NCBI GenBank assembly: GCA_965153455.1
Contig: OZ234493.1
Coordinates: 5,766,001 to 5,830,000 of the forward strand
Source of the DNA: Sphagnum compactum
Taxonomy: Eukaryota
Direction of reading: 5' to 3'
DNA length: 64,000 nt
A model generated the notes under the pieces. It did not search any database and had not been told where the DNA came from. It saw only the letters and a list, made by a program, of their open reading frames with translations. This document shows, piece by piece, positions 50,475 through 64,000 of this stretch (position 1 is the stretch's first letter; each line of letters opens with the position of its first letter). The translations under genes were made by a program, and so were the position numbers.

Positions 50475-53400
50475 TAAAACAACTCTCTTAACACTCAAGA
50501 CAATTCTACATGTCTTTTTCTTTTTATATATATTTTCATAAGGTTTCAAGCACAAATTGGTAAACATGAAACAACTTCAGAACTCCTATAAAAACTCATT
50601 TTGTTGGTTAGTTGATTGAAGATCTCTTAGTGTTGTGAATAGGGTGGTAAGTACAACGAGTGTTTTGTTGGTAACCTTATGGTGATGCCCCTAGGAGTTG
50701 TTGAGATAAGGTACATGGAAGGGAAAAAAGAAATCACCTCTTGCAATAGTGCAATGAAAAAGACCGAGGACAATGGCAAGGCTCAAGAAATGACTTAAAA
50801 TCAAAATAAGGAAGAAAGGAAGAAAGAATATTTTTCTTCTAATTTTTCTTATGATTTTATTTATTTATAAATAATAATAATTAAAGAATGTGTTACATTG
50901 CAATAACACAAGATTTAAATTAAAAAAAAGACGGCATGATGGTGAGGAGCTTTGTTGAAAAACAAATTATTAAAAAAAGATGAATAAAAAGAATGAGAGA
51001 AGAAGAGAAGTGAAAGAGAAGAAGTTATCTTCACGTCACTTCTCTTCTTCTTCTTCTCTTTTGGTGCTTCTTCTTAAATCCTGCCAAAATTTCAAGAGAA
51101 AATTGAAAAAAAAAAAGCACACCACATGTGGCTTGGAAATTGTAACTTATTTGAAGCTTGGAGCTCCTTAATATGAACAATGATGAAGGTGAGAAAAATG
51201 TGAGCCTTGTAATAATTTTTATTTGTCTACTATTTAAATCCTAAAATATTCTTATTTAGGTTGTTGGGCCCCGTTATTTTTTCAAAATTTTTTTAATTAT
51301 TTTGGCAAAATTTGCCAATGATCAGTCATAGGTATAATACATATGACCAGGAAGTGCATTTGGGACTCCTAACAAAGAAGCTTTGAGAAAAAAATGACAT
51401 TGCCCCAAAAAAAAAAGCTCCCAAATGCAGTCTACTCTGCAAACTCCAACAAAATACTCAGTTTTATATGATATTGCTAGAAATATCAACTTATTCTGAA
51501 ATAAAACATTATTCTAAACATGCGTGTAATTAATGTATAAAACATTTTTGCAATTAAAGTAGTTACTTTCTATCTTTGGACTCTTAAATATGCAACTTGT
51601 TCTATTACAAATTACAAATAAGAATGTGGACTTTGTTTCCCTTGGAAATTTAATAATCAGAAAAAACCACATGAATTTATTAAACATATTATAATTACAT
51701 GCAAAAATAAAATTTCGATTTTTTTTTTGGTGACATATGTGCTTGAAAGCAAAATATTTTAAAAAATCCATAATGGACATAAAAATGAAAAGTTAGAAAA
51801 AATTATCTAAGAATAATATGCACATTATCAATATGAAAAATGATGTGAAACCAATGATCTCATTCAATTAAGCCTAAGGTGCAATGAATAAATTTAGTAA
51901 TTTCCTTATTAAAACATAATTACAATTAAAAAAAAACATGAATGAAGGAAGTGAAAAAAAGTTCACATTCTTAGTAATTATTGTAATAGACTTATATAAA
52001 GAAAAAAACAAGTTATAGATCAAGGCGATTGAATCATTTAAAAAGAAGGTATGGACTTTCAAACATGATTATAACATTAGAGTTGGAATAGTGAGAGGGC
52101 TAACAAAAGGATTGCAAAATTAGTGTATTCATGTGTGGATTTCTTGTTTGTCAAAATTGGTCCATTGCACCATACTTTCACTCAATGTTTTTTTGAAACT
52201 TCCAAAAAAAAATCCTAAAATGGCCAAGTTATGAGTCCGACCAATTAGGGGGGTCATAATTTTCTCATTTTTCCATTGATTGGAGAGATTTCAAAAGCAA
52301 AAATGTAGCCTTTGAAGACAAATTTAAAGGGGTATTGCAATCCATTAGCCATCCTTCCATTTTTAAACTTAAAATTTATATATATATATATATATATATT
52401 CTCCACTCATCTTGCCATTATGCAACTTGCAATTAGAGTTTACAAAAATGAAGGTATTACCATTTTGCAAACCACCCTTGGTTTAAATACTTATATGATG
52501 GTTGATAAGTTTCGGACCTACCCCAAATGTAGGCATTACAATGTGCCATTGGACATCCATTGGAACACTATCATGTGGGGTTAACCTCACATTATCATAA
52601 AAGGTTAGAAGGAAATTTTAAGTCAAGGGGAACAAATTTTTTGCCTTATTTGTTGATGCCCATTATTAGGGGAACACATTTTCTAGTCTAATTAGACTAG
52701 CAAGCATCCTAGTATCTTAGTTACTAGTGGTAAGTTTACACTTACCATCTTCTATTCACTATGAGATGAAGCTATTTGTTAATTAGTTCTTGAAGGTAAG
52801 ATAGTTGATAATGTGGTTGCAATTAGATAAGGGTTTGTGAAAGATATTTGAATAAATAAATAAATTATATACTAACATGTGTAATCAAAATGAACTAATG
52901 AAATAATGAAACAAGTAGGCATATAGAAACAAGTGTGTTATTTTTTATAAAAATATGTAGCCAAGTCACTATGTCCACTAGGATGGTTGGTTTGTTAACC
53001 AACATGTAAGGTCAAGAAGGATGTTAGTAGGAAGAAAGCCAAGGTGAACCAACACATACACTAATAGGATATCAATGAAAGTGGATTGGATGTCATACAG
53101 AATATCATCCTTCTCCCATGATGAAAAGCCTAGGATTAAAAAAGTAAAATGTTTAAAATGATTCACAGATCTTAATATTTTAAGTTTTTGAAAAAATGTT
53201 GTGGGTTCTTCTCCCATGGATTTCAAAAATAAGGGGTTAGAAATGATTTTAGGTTGATCGTTTATTGTGACAATTATAGAGCATAATATTGTTTAAGAAT
53301 AACCTAAAATCTAGGGAAATAGTTATAATTGTGATAGGGTAAAACACATGCACTCGTGTTAGATAAGGCAAAATGATTAAAAATGATTAACAAAAATGAT

Positions 53401-56400
53401 AAATGACTATCAATTTTGTTTCATTTGAAAAAATAGGGGAAATGGGCTCTTTAAAATCATGTGCATGTAGGTATTGCTAAAAGTTGGAACACACATTGAA
53501 ATCTAAACCTAAACAAATGTTGATTGACATGTTTAAGCTTTATAGTGAAAGTCCTCATGATGAACTGTTTTAAATGCAAACTAAAACCAATTTAGTCCTA
53601 ACCTATTATGAGTTCTTAGAGTTGATTTTTTTTTTTTTGCTAAGTGCAAATGAAGGCAAACTCTCGAGAGGGGCATGGTGGTGAGATGAAGGAATACTTA
53701 GCCCTATGCCAACAATAAAAGTGACATAAGCCAATTGTATAGAATATGGGCCTTTTGTTGGGCCTTAGAACTTTCATAATTGAGTTACGAAGGTTGCCAC
53801 AACGGAGTGGCATGTTATGTGATTTTCTTGACCACATTATATGACGTAATCTTCTGGTGATGATCATAATAGTGACCAAAATTTTTGTTAAAGGTGATTT
53901 CTTTTGGAATTGAGGAATCTGCCACCCACCACAGACCTTCATGTCAGAGAATGGTCTCTCACCCTTGCCCCATTATGTTGGGTGCATCACCTAGCTTGCC
54001 CTAACAAGTTGGAGTGGTGCCTTACGCAACATAATGGGCAGGGGCTTGACCATTCCATAATACGGAAAGCACCTAAAGACATTTTCTACTATATTTCAGG
54101 GTACTTTACACCTATAGGAGGTCTTTCATAGCTTACTAAAGGGATGGCCAAACCTTCTCTTATTTTTCAATGTTAGGCTAATGTTAAGGATCCTAAAATT
54201 AGTTACTAGTCCACACCTAAAATGTTAATTAACATTAAGTCTTTGAAAAAGTAAATTTCATAGCCTCACATTGGTGTTAACTAAAATTTCCAAAATGGCA
54301 CATTAACTCCATGTTTAGCATGCATTCTTTATCTATTATCATTTTATTTTTTCTTTTGCAAGAAAAAGGTGAAAAATTTACCTTTGTAAGTTTCGATTAA
54401 ATTGCAAGCTCCAAAAAGTAACTTGATGTTATTCACTAATTAATATCATGTGTGGACATGTTGAAACAATGTTTAGAAAGTTGAAGGTAATTTGTAATGT
54501 TAGAAATTGTGATATTGTGATTTGTGACCACTTTTGTTAATTTTAAGGTGATGTTAGCACCAAGTGTGACCATACCTTTGTTACTAAGTAGGTGTGCAAA
54601 ATGTCTTGCACCTATCACACTAGGTGCCTCATTATCTATTTGTGTTTGGGTTCATCATCATGATTGATGTGCTTTATGTTGAGTAAAAGCTCACAAGTGA
54701 AGGGCACCCTAAACCCTAAACCCCACCCCACCTACCTCCCACTTGCTACATGCAATTGTGTGGGATTCTAGTGGTTTTGTGTGCTTACCACATCAATAGT
54801 TTTCTCAATCATCATTCATTCACAAAGGGGTCATTAAAGTTATGATGTTTACATATGCACTTAACTTGGGTTTTTGGAACTTTGCCCCCAAAATTCCAAG
54901 TCCACAAGACATGTTAATTTGAAAAACCTTGGTTTTGAGACATGTAAAAATAGGGATGTGTTTGCAAAACATTAGGCATTTTATCCAATTGGATAACAAT
55001 TGGTACATAACTACTTGGATCTATCATGTTTCTTTTTAAAATCTTATTTTTGTTGACAAATTCCTCCTTCTTTGGAATTGAATGATGTATAATTGGTTCA
55101 GCAATTGGTTGTTGACCAAAACCTAGTCCAATGTTGTGGGAAGAGGCAAATGACTAAAACATCATGGCAACATTGAAATGTCAAACATCCCTCCTACACC
55201 TTCTAACAACACTAGATTGAGATAGAAGTGACACATGTATGAAAAAAATTTAATTCAAAATGCAAGGTGATAACAAAAACATTACACACAAACCCATCAA
55301 CTATGCATATACAATTTAACACTTGGAAACCCATTTCCAATGCTATTCAAGGGGCTATGCAAAGGTGTTTGGTGCCTCCCCAATTTCTTTTCTACATTCT
55401 TGGCTAGTATTGACCTAATCTTGAAAAGAGTGACCTCTCGGAATTCTCGTTACACACACAATAATCAAAATCCCCCATAGTCATGCTAGTATCTACTATG
55501 TACTTGGTGCATTTCAATACTCATGTTACTTGTAATTTTGAGTAGTTGAAAAGTTAACCCTAGGAAAGAATAGGTCACCTTCCAAACTTGACATCAGTTT
55601 TAATTATCTAACAATATGGTATGAAACTTTATAATTACATTATATTGGTAGGTAATAATTCTTGTCATTAATGGATCATAAAAATTAATTTTAGTGTTTG
55701 AACTCGTCATAATTTTTCTATTGTGCAAAATTTAAATGATTGGTTTTTGGACATGTTGTGTTTTTTCTTTAGTCATTTTGGCCATTAGGACTCAAGATGT
55801 AAAAACAATTTGTGTAAAAACAACCCAAACTTCCCTTCATGAGTACAATGTGCCACAATAATGTAGATTTAACTTTTGTGTTGGTTTTTCATTTATACAA
55901 AAAAAAGCTTACTATTGGTTTGCACTTCTTTCAAAAAAATTTAGGGATATTGGTTGTATGCAAACACAAATTCCCCTCTTCAAGTGTAAACAATGCATCC
56001 TTGTAATAGGAGGATTCTACGTTAAAAACACAACTTGAAACAACCTTGAAATGGTGAAATTTTGAAGCCCACTTTCATGGGTTATCATTCAATTGAAATA
56101 TTAAAGGGGGCACATCAAACCACCAAAAACAAAAAATTTCTGATCTTTAATTTTTAACCCACCTTTTGCAAGTTTTTTTCACATATAATTTTGCAAAGCT
56201 CAAATTTGCCACTTTTCCTCCCTCAAACCTCAAATGATGGCCATATTTATGGCAACATAATTTTTTAAAATATCATTTTCTACAAGAATGACAATTTGTT
56301 TCTTGATATCACAAACACTTATGAGGATGATCCAACAATGTCATTCAAACATAGGGATTTGGACATTCATATTAAATGTTAAAATTATTGATAAAATACT

Positions 56401-57946
56401 CTAAATTCAAGATTTGAACTCTAAGTTTGGGCAAAATGTGCAATGGGATTTTGTTGAATGAAAGAATCACACAACTAACCCAATTTTGCTTTGAAACCCA
56501 AGGTCATGGGAGTTTGGTTGTGTCTTGGTTTTGGTGAGGTTGCATGTAATTCTTATGAGATGGCATGTAGAGGAAGGGGGTGAAAGACATTTGTTTTGCA
56601 TGGGTGAGAGGCCACATTTGGTGTGCGGGGGTGTCATTGAAATTTTTTGGCACTAAATTTAAAAGGAAGCTTGCAAGAAGCGTGAGAGTAGGTTATGTCT
56701 TTGGTTGAGAAAAAAGTTGTGTTTTTGTGATTTGAAGTAGTAGTCATGAGGTTCATGAGGGTTTTTGCGTTAAGATTTGGAGTAGTATGTTGAAGTTCAT
56801 GTCATTTTGGGGTAGTGGGTTTTGTGAGTTTTTGTTTTTTCTCTTTGTGTGCGTGCGTTTTTTTTTTCTGGTGCAATAAATGGAGCAAAGTTGTGAGGAG
56901 GTTGATGTATTTTTATGATTTGAAATAAAGTAGTGATGTTTGTGAGGTTTTGTAACATTGAGATTTGTGAGGTTCTATAAGAATGAAATTCTAGAATTTT
57001 GTGATTTTTATGCAACTTTCTTCAAGATTCTTTTTGTGAATCTTGTGAATCTTGTGTTTTTGATGTATGTTGTTTTTGTCCTAATTTATGTATGTGTTTT
57101 TGTAGATGTGTATTGTGTGTGCAAATGTTTTGTGATTAGGTTCTTTGAGAAAGTGTAGTTGAATGTGTGTAGATATGGTAAAGATTCATAAGGACACCCA
57201 AATGCTCAAGCAAAACACACACATTAATGTTAATTTTAATTCAAACTTTAATTTAATGAACCAACAAAGAAGGTTTTAAACGGCTTATCATACCCAATTT
57301 GGAATGTTGATATCAAATATCAAATAGGGGGCGACTTTAAGCACATGTCTGGAGAGGGAATGAAAGAGAAAAATAAGGCCCAATGCAACTTCAAACATGG
57401 GTTCAACTTTATAGATAACTCTATTGTGTTGAAATTTTTCCTTTTGACTATTTTTTCACCTAACATGACATTAGTTTTATTTTTTCCATTCATAAATTGT
57501 TTGCGAAATGTGTCATCATAACAATTATCTTAACCTATACATAACAATACAATACATAAATTCAAATAAAACATTTTCAACTCCAAAGTCATTCATGAAT
57601 TAGTGCTAGACACTTTGTAAAATGTTCATTGGAACACTAAAGTTCATGATATTGAAAAAATAATGTTGAAATTAATTAGATTCTAAAATTGAGGATCACC
57701 TAAATGAGTTACCATTGATTTCCCCATAAATGATTTCTTTGCATTTCCCCTATTCCTTATCTCATGGTCAATGTGGTCATACTTGTAAGAAACTCCTAAT
57801 AAGATTCAAAAATGAACAAATAAAATAAAATCCAATATCAAATTCTTAAAAGTTTAAAAAATCACATAATGTTACACAATTATTAACATCAACTTCCAAT
57901 TCACACTTAAAATTTTGGTAGTTTTCTTGCAAATAACAATAACACT

Positions 57947-58012
57947 AACAAACCCAAGTGAAGCAAATCAAAAATTGAAACAAACCCAAGTGAAGCAAAT
58001 TAAAAATTGAAA
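57947..58012. repeat. 32-bp tandem duplication
   Basis: AACAAACCCAAGTGAAGCAAAT(C/T)AAAAATTGA twice. Confidence 0.85.
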
Positions 58013-59013
58013 TAATCAACGATAAAAACAAACGTGAAATATAAAAAACCTAAAAGTATTTTTGAAAACACTGAACTTGTTTTTTTTCATTTTTTTATAA
58101 AATCTTTGTCGTTTCACCTTTGGCAATTTAACACTAAAACAACAAATAACAAAGTTACATGAAAAATAATAACCTAATGTATAAGGTTCAACCCATGAGG
58201 AATATTGATTTGGTAGTTACTCAATTTAACAACGATGGGTTTTAGTTTTGTGAACCAAGAAGGCCAAAACTTAAAGTCCGTTAAAAAGGTGACCCATGCA
58301 GTTTGAATTAGGTCAAATTAAAGAACGGAGTGATTAGGGTTTGTGACCCAAAGCAATAGAATCTAAGGCTTTCAAAGGGTGATTCCTAAACCCTAAACCC
58401 AAGTGGTTTAATAGTCAAAATAATGCAAAGTATCCACATGGTTTGGTAGTATCAAACGATTATAGGTGATTAATGTGGAGCTTTAAATTTGGTTTAATAT
58501 TCGCATTTAGAAAACTGATCTTGGCCAAACATAAGAAGGGTTCATATGGATAAAATTAAACATAAGGGCACACACACACCAGTTTGTCTAGTCTTGCACA
58601 TAAACAGTGAAATTGTTAGCTGTATTAAATAATAGAAAAATATATAGATTAGTCAAAAAAATTTCATTTAAAAAAATCATATATATTGTAGTACCCTTTT
58701 CAAGTTCAACATTTGGGTGTCAAATAATAACTATTTTATTTTTTCAAAAAGAAAAAAAAAGCAACATTTTCAAAAATAAATCTAATTACTGTCTAGAATT
58801 ATCATGGCAAACAATGAATGAAAGGCAAACAAAAACTTTTTATCATTTTTTCATTGCCCAAAAACCCCTACCATTGCATGCATGATCCAGCATTACATGA
58901 TTCAGGGCAAAAGGCTTGTAAGAAAATAGGGACCAGGCAAACCACAAAGGGAACAAGAACAGGACGCTGGGATCGCAGTTTTTTTCTCACGCGCTCTCCC
59001 TCCCTTTGAACCA

Positions 59014-59036
59014 TAAACCCTAACCCTAACCCTAAC
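59014..59036 (+). promoter_or_regulatory. Telo-box cluster upstream of RRP9
   Basis: TAAACCCTAACCCTAACCCTAA ~180 nt before the ATG, typical of plant ribosome-biogenesis genes. Confidence 0.65.
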
Positions 59037-59203
59037 GGCAATCTGGGGTTGGGAACAAGCCCCCTTCTTCTTCTTCGTTGTTCTCGGTATGGAGACCGAA
59101 TTGTGTTGGGCATTGTGGGCATGGCGATGGCGAAGAAGCTGCTGATAGTGTGCTCGAGGATTTGGTTATTGAGATAGTCAGACGAGAGAGAAAGAGAGAA
59201 ATC

Positions 59204-60745
59204 ATGGCCAAGGTGAGGAAGAGGGGGCAGCCGCGAAGCTCCCGTCAAGCCAGCAACGGCAGCAGCACGAAGAAAAGAAGGACAGGGGAGAAGGAAAATG
59301 TAGGTGGAGGAGGGCGTGGAAAAAACAACAAGGATGCGTCGTCTTCGTTCAAGAAGCCTGTGAGAGACGAGGAGCTTCTAAGCGAGGAAGATGAGTTCGA
59401 TAACGGTGCTCCAGATATCCCTTCTTCCCCAGATGAAGGTGAGGATGCTGCAGAGTTGGAAACTGCTGACGAGAAGCGCTTACGTCTTGCTAAATCGTAT
59501 TTGGATCGAACTCGGCAATCGGTTGCTGATGCAGAGGAGGATGAGGAGGAGGATCAAGATGTGGAGCAGCGAAGAGGGGCCAGAGATAGCATGGTTGCGG
59601 ATTTACTCCAGCAAGAACAGCTTGAAGAGAGCGGTCGAATACAGCGCAAGCTGGCTGCCAGAGTGCTTGCACCAGCAACACTTCAGGAAGGACGGCCAGT
59701 AGGCCGAAAGCATCGCCAAGCCGTGACAGCGGTATGTATCTCTGAAGACGACTCCACAGGGTTTGCCGCATCCAAGGATGGTCTATTGGTACAATGGAAC
59801 ATCGAGACAGGCTTGAGTGAGAAGTACGAATGGCCTTCTTCCCAACAAGAGCCTTCCAAAACAAATGGTAGCAAGAAGAAGCAGCAGGGAAGTCGGCACA
59901 TTCTTGCAGTAGCAACTAGCTCAGATGGCCGCTATCTGGCATCAGGAGGATTGGATAGGTCTGTACATATCTGGGACACTCGCACTCGGCAACATCTCCA
60001 GGCTTTTGCTGGTCACAGGGGAGCTGTGACAAGTCTAGGGTTTAGGAAAGGCACCCAACAGCTTTTCTCTGGTTCTCTGGACCGCACTATCAAGCTATGG
60101 AGTGTGGATACACGTTCTTACATTGACACATTGTATGGTCACCAAAGTGAAATTGTCTCTCTTGATTGTCTGCGACAGGAACGGGTCCTTTCTGCAGGCC
60201 GTGACCGCACACTGCGGCTTTGGAAGATTCCAGAGGAATCCCAACTTGTGTTCAGAGGTCATGCAGCTCACATGGAGAGTTGCTGCTTCATATCCAATGG
60301 GGAGTTTCTTTCAGGTTCTGATGATGGTTGTGTGGCTCTGTGGAATACAATACGGAAGAAGCCAGTTTCTATCATGCGGAATGCACATGGAAGTAGTTCA
60401 GGTGTACAACATCAGACCACAGAGAATGCAAATGGGTTAGCAGCAGCAGCAGCAGCGGGAGCTGCAGAGTCTTGGGTAGGAGCAGTAGCAGTTTGCAGTA
60501 GCAGTGATCTGGCAGCATCTGGAGCTGGGGATGGAACTGTGCAGCTGTGGGCACTTGAGGATGCAAACCGCAGTCTTCGAGCACTTCATGGTTTGGCAGT
60601 GAAAGGATTTGTGAATTCCTTGGCTTTTGCAAACTCAGGTCGCTTCCTTCTTGTGGGTACAGGACAAGAGCCTCGAATGGGTAGATGGGCAAGGAATCCT
60701 GATTCCGAGAATAGAGTTTTCCTCCATCCTATCAGTTTGAGGTAA
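59204..60745 (+). CDS. RRP9: U3 snoRNP-associated WD40 protein (RRP9/U3-55K, YAO-like), 513 aa, no introns in the visible CDS
   Basis: Basic and acidic N-terminus, ETADEKRLRLAKSYL, WD40 repeats (SSDGRYLASGGLDRSVHIWD; YIDTLYGHQ; RERV-like LRQERVLSAGRDRT), C-terminal GQEPRMGRW. The first in-frame ATG is at 59204; the TTG start at 59078 in the ORF track is unlikely. Confidence 0.93.
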   Translation: MAKVRKRGQPRSSRQASNGSSTKKRRTGEKENVGGGGRGKNNKDASSSFKKPVRDEELLSEEDEFDNGAPDIPSSPDEGEDAAELETADEKRLRLAKSYLDRTRQSVADAEEDEEEDQDVEQRRGARDSMVADLLQQEQLEESGRIQRKLAARVLAPATLQEGRPVGRKHRQAVTAVCISEDDSTGFAASKDGLLVQWNIETGLSEKYEWPSSQQEPSKTNGSKKKQQGSRHILAVATSSDGRYLASGGLDRSVHIWDTRTRQHLQAFAGHRGAVTSLGFRKGTQQLFSGSLDRTIKLWSVDTRSYIDTLYGHQSEIVSLDCLRQERVLSAGRDRTLRLWKIPEESQLVFRGHAAHMESCCFISNGEFLSGSDDGCVALWNTIRKKPVSIMRNAHGSSSGVQHQTTENANGLAAAAAAGAAESWVGAVAVCSSSDLAASGAGDGTVQLWALEDANRSLRALHGLAVKGFVNSLAFANSGRFLLVGTGQEPRMGRWARNPDSENRVFLHPISLR

Positions 60746-62739
60746 TCTTTCTCTTCTATTTCTCCCAAGGGGTTGTGCCAGCAACTCTGGGAGAGGTAGC
60801 AAATTTTTGCACCCAGAATTGTTGAGACAAAACTTGTAGGAGAGAGGGTAACATTTTTTTGCACCTTGCAGTGTTGAGAGTTATATGTAGGTGAACACCC
60901 AGAGAGCTTTTGAAACAATGGAAAGCCAATTTATGATTGCTTGTGCTGGGTAATGAGATCAAGTTGCCTTTTATGTTTGATCCAGTGCATTAGGACACAA
61001 ATCCCTTGCTCCTCTTTGAATATTTTACTGTGACCCTGCAGCACCTTCGACCATCTATGACCAGTTTCTTTACAAGTACTGTGTGAGTTGACTCTAAAGG
61101 TCAGGCATCTCCAAGAAAATGCATTCATTTGCATAGCTGGTCTGCTTAGTGGGATTGTTGCATGTAGTGACTTGGTTGATTCCAAGATCTTTATGAAATC
61201 CATCAGAAAGAGGTTTGCACAAATTGCTGAGTAAGTGGCACTGATGTATGCAAACGACTCATGCAGACTCTACATTGTTTATATGTTGCCATGTCTCTGT
61301 GAGGACATCATCTCTTGGACCCAGCTCTGCTCCTCTGTTTAGAACACGAATTGCACAAAATTGACAAGGAACTGACTTTGGAAACTCTACGGACAGCAAT
61401 TCCAAATACATGTAATTGGTTTTTCCCCAAAGTTGCACCTGATATTAGCAAAGGGAAATCAGCCCTGCTTCTTTAATGCATGTTTAACGTTCATGATAAC
61501 ACTGGCCTCATGCTCTACAATAGGTAAAGCCCCAGGGTGGGGTATATGCCCAAATCATGGACCTAACCTGAGCACCATGGGGCTTTACCCTACACATAAA
61601 ACATTGACATAAGTTGTCCATCTGCAGGTACTTGCCTAGGCAGAACTTCCAAGCAAGCCGAGAGATATCTTACAAATCTGTAAGGTCCTTCCAGCATGTT
61701 TCCTTCCAGATTAGGCCAATGTATTAAGCAGGGGAAGGGCAGCACTAGAGGGTCTTCCTCTGTTTTTCAGCATATAGAGCTTGCACCAACTTCGCAGGCC
61801 CTCGAACAGAGGAACCAAGGAACACAGCCTGGGGTGTTGCCCTTCCCCTATACTGAGTTAGAGTTGCTATTCACACAACTCGGTATCTACAAAGTGTCCT
61901 TGACTATCATACAAAGTGGGACTTCAATTTGGACCTAATTAGAGCTAATTACTAGTAAAAGGGGGATTAGTGGGAGGTTAAGAAAATGATGACAGTTTAG
62001 TCTCTCCTAACTACCCCTCACCAGCTTAATTAACTTCCAAGAACAATCCAACGGCTCTAGACAAAAGATTTGTAGCATCACCAGAGGGCCACCAGACTCA
62101 GTGGTCCATTTTGCATTTTCTACTCTCCTCTCCTTCATCATTGCATCACACACTTTGAAGCTCTGCTGCAAGTGAGCTTTTCTAAGAGGAGCTTCAGATT
62201 CCACAAGCACTTCCCAAACCATCATCATCATCTCCTTCCATCAATTCAAGATCTTGATTAGTGTGAGAACCTTTTTGCCAGGAGTGCTTGTGAATTTCAA
62301 GTGATCCCCTGAGTATTTTTCTTGTTTTCAGCTGTCGTAGTTAAAGTTTTTCTTAGATCTTCCAAAAGTATAAACTGAAGCTCAACAATCCATGAGTTTT
62401 CAAATCATGATCTTTCAATCTCTAATTGTGTCTGTGATTGATTGAGTTCTTGTAGGTTTCGGGAATTGTTGGAAAGCTGATGTTGCTTACTGCTAAGGTG
62501 GGGAATTTTGTTAGTCATGTGTTTTTTTGTTAGTGTTTTTTGAGAAGAGTTTGCTCGTTTTCAGTGTCAAGTAGAGTTGTCATGAATGTGATTTCATCAT
62601 CGTTCTTCTGTGGAATTTGACAGTCGAAGTTTTTCAGCCACGTGAACTTGTCGCAGGCTTGATTGATTTAGTTTGTGAGGATTTGTACTCTAACTATTTC
62701 TTGAAGAAGATTTTGTGTTAAGACCTCACTTGCCACAAG

Positions 62740-64000
<1,261 letters not shown>

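Noticed and set aside
59078-59203. N-terminal extension of RRP9 from a TTG start
   Set aside because: Artefact of bacterial-style start calling; the ATG at 59204 begins the expected basic N-terminus.

Overview
Eukaryotic land-plant DNA with spliceosomal GT-AG genes, telo-boxes and AT-rich TE debris. A bryophyte such as Sphagnum is my inference from the Tcn1-like chromovirus and the repeat style; it is not proven. There are four host genes: the 5' part of PRP19/MAC3 (minus, 9 exons visible, runs off the left edge), a small plant-specific uncharacterised protein (minus, ~24.5-26.4 kb), the U3 snoRNP WD40 protein RRP9/U3-55K (plus, 59204-60745) and the 5' part of a divergent alpha-tubulin (plus, from 62740). 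Most of 4.5-23 kb and 28-58 kb is transposon relics: Copia, pogo-like DDE, an old chromovirus, a LINE 3' end, mini-CACTA elements, Tourist-type MITEs and a non-autonomous Helitron. The stand-out element is a very young full-length Ty3/Gypsy chromovirus (43204-48966; LTRs differ by one indel; 5-bp TSD GGTTG). It has no tRNA primer site; its PBS is instead complementary to its own predicted transcript 5' end (Tf1-type self-priming). It also carries a -1 frameshift slippery site followed by an H-type pseudoknot. I found no CRISPR array, rRNA or tRNA. All calls are by eye, with no database searches.
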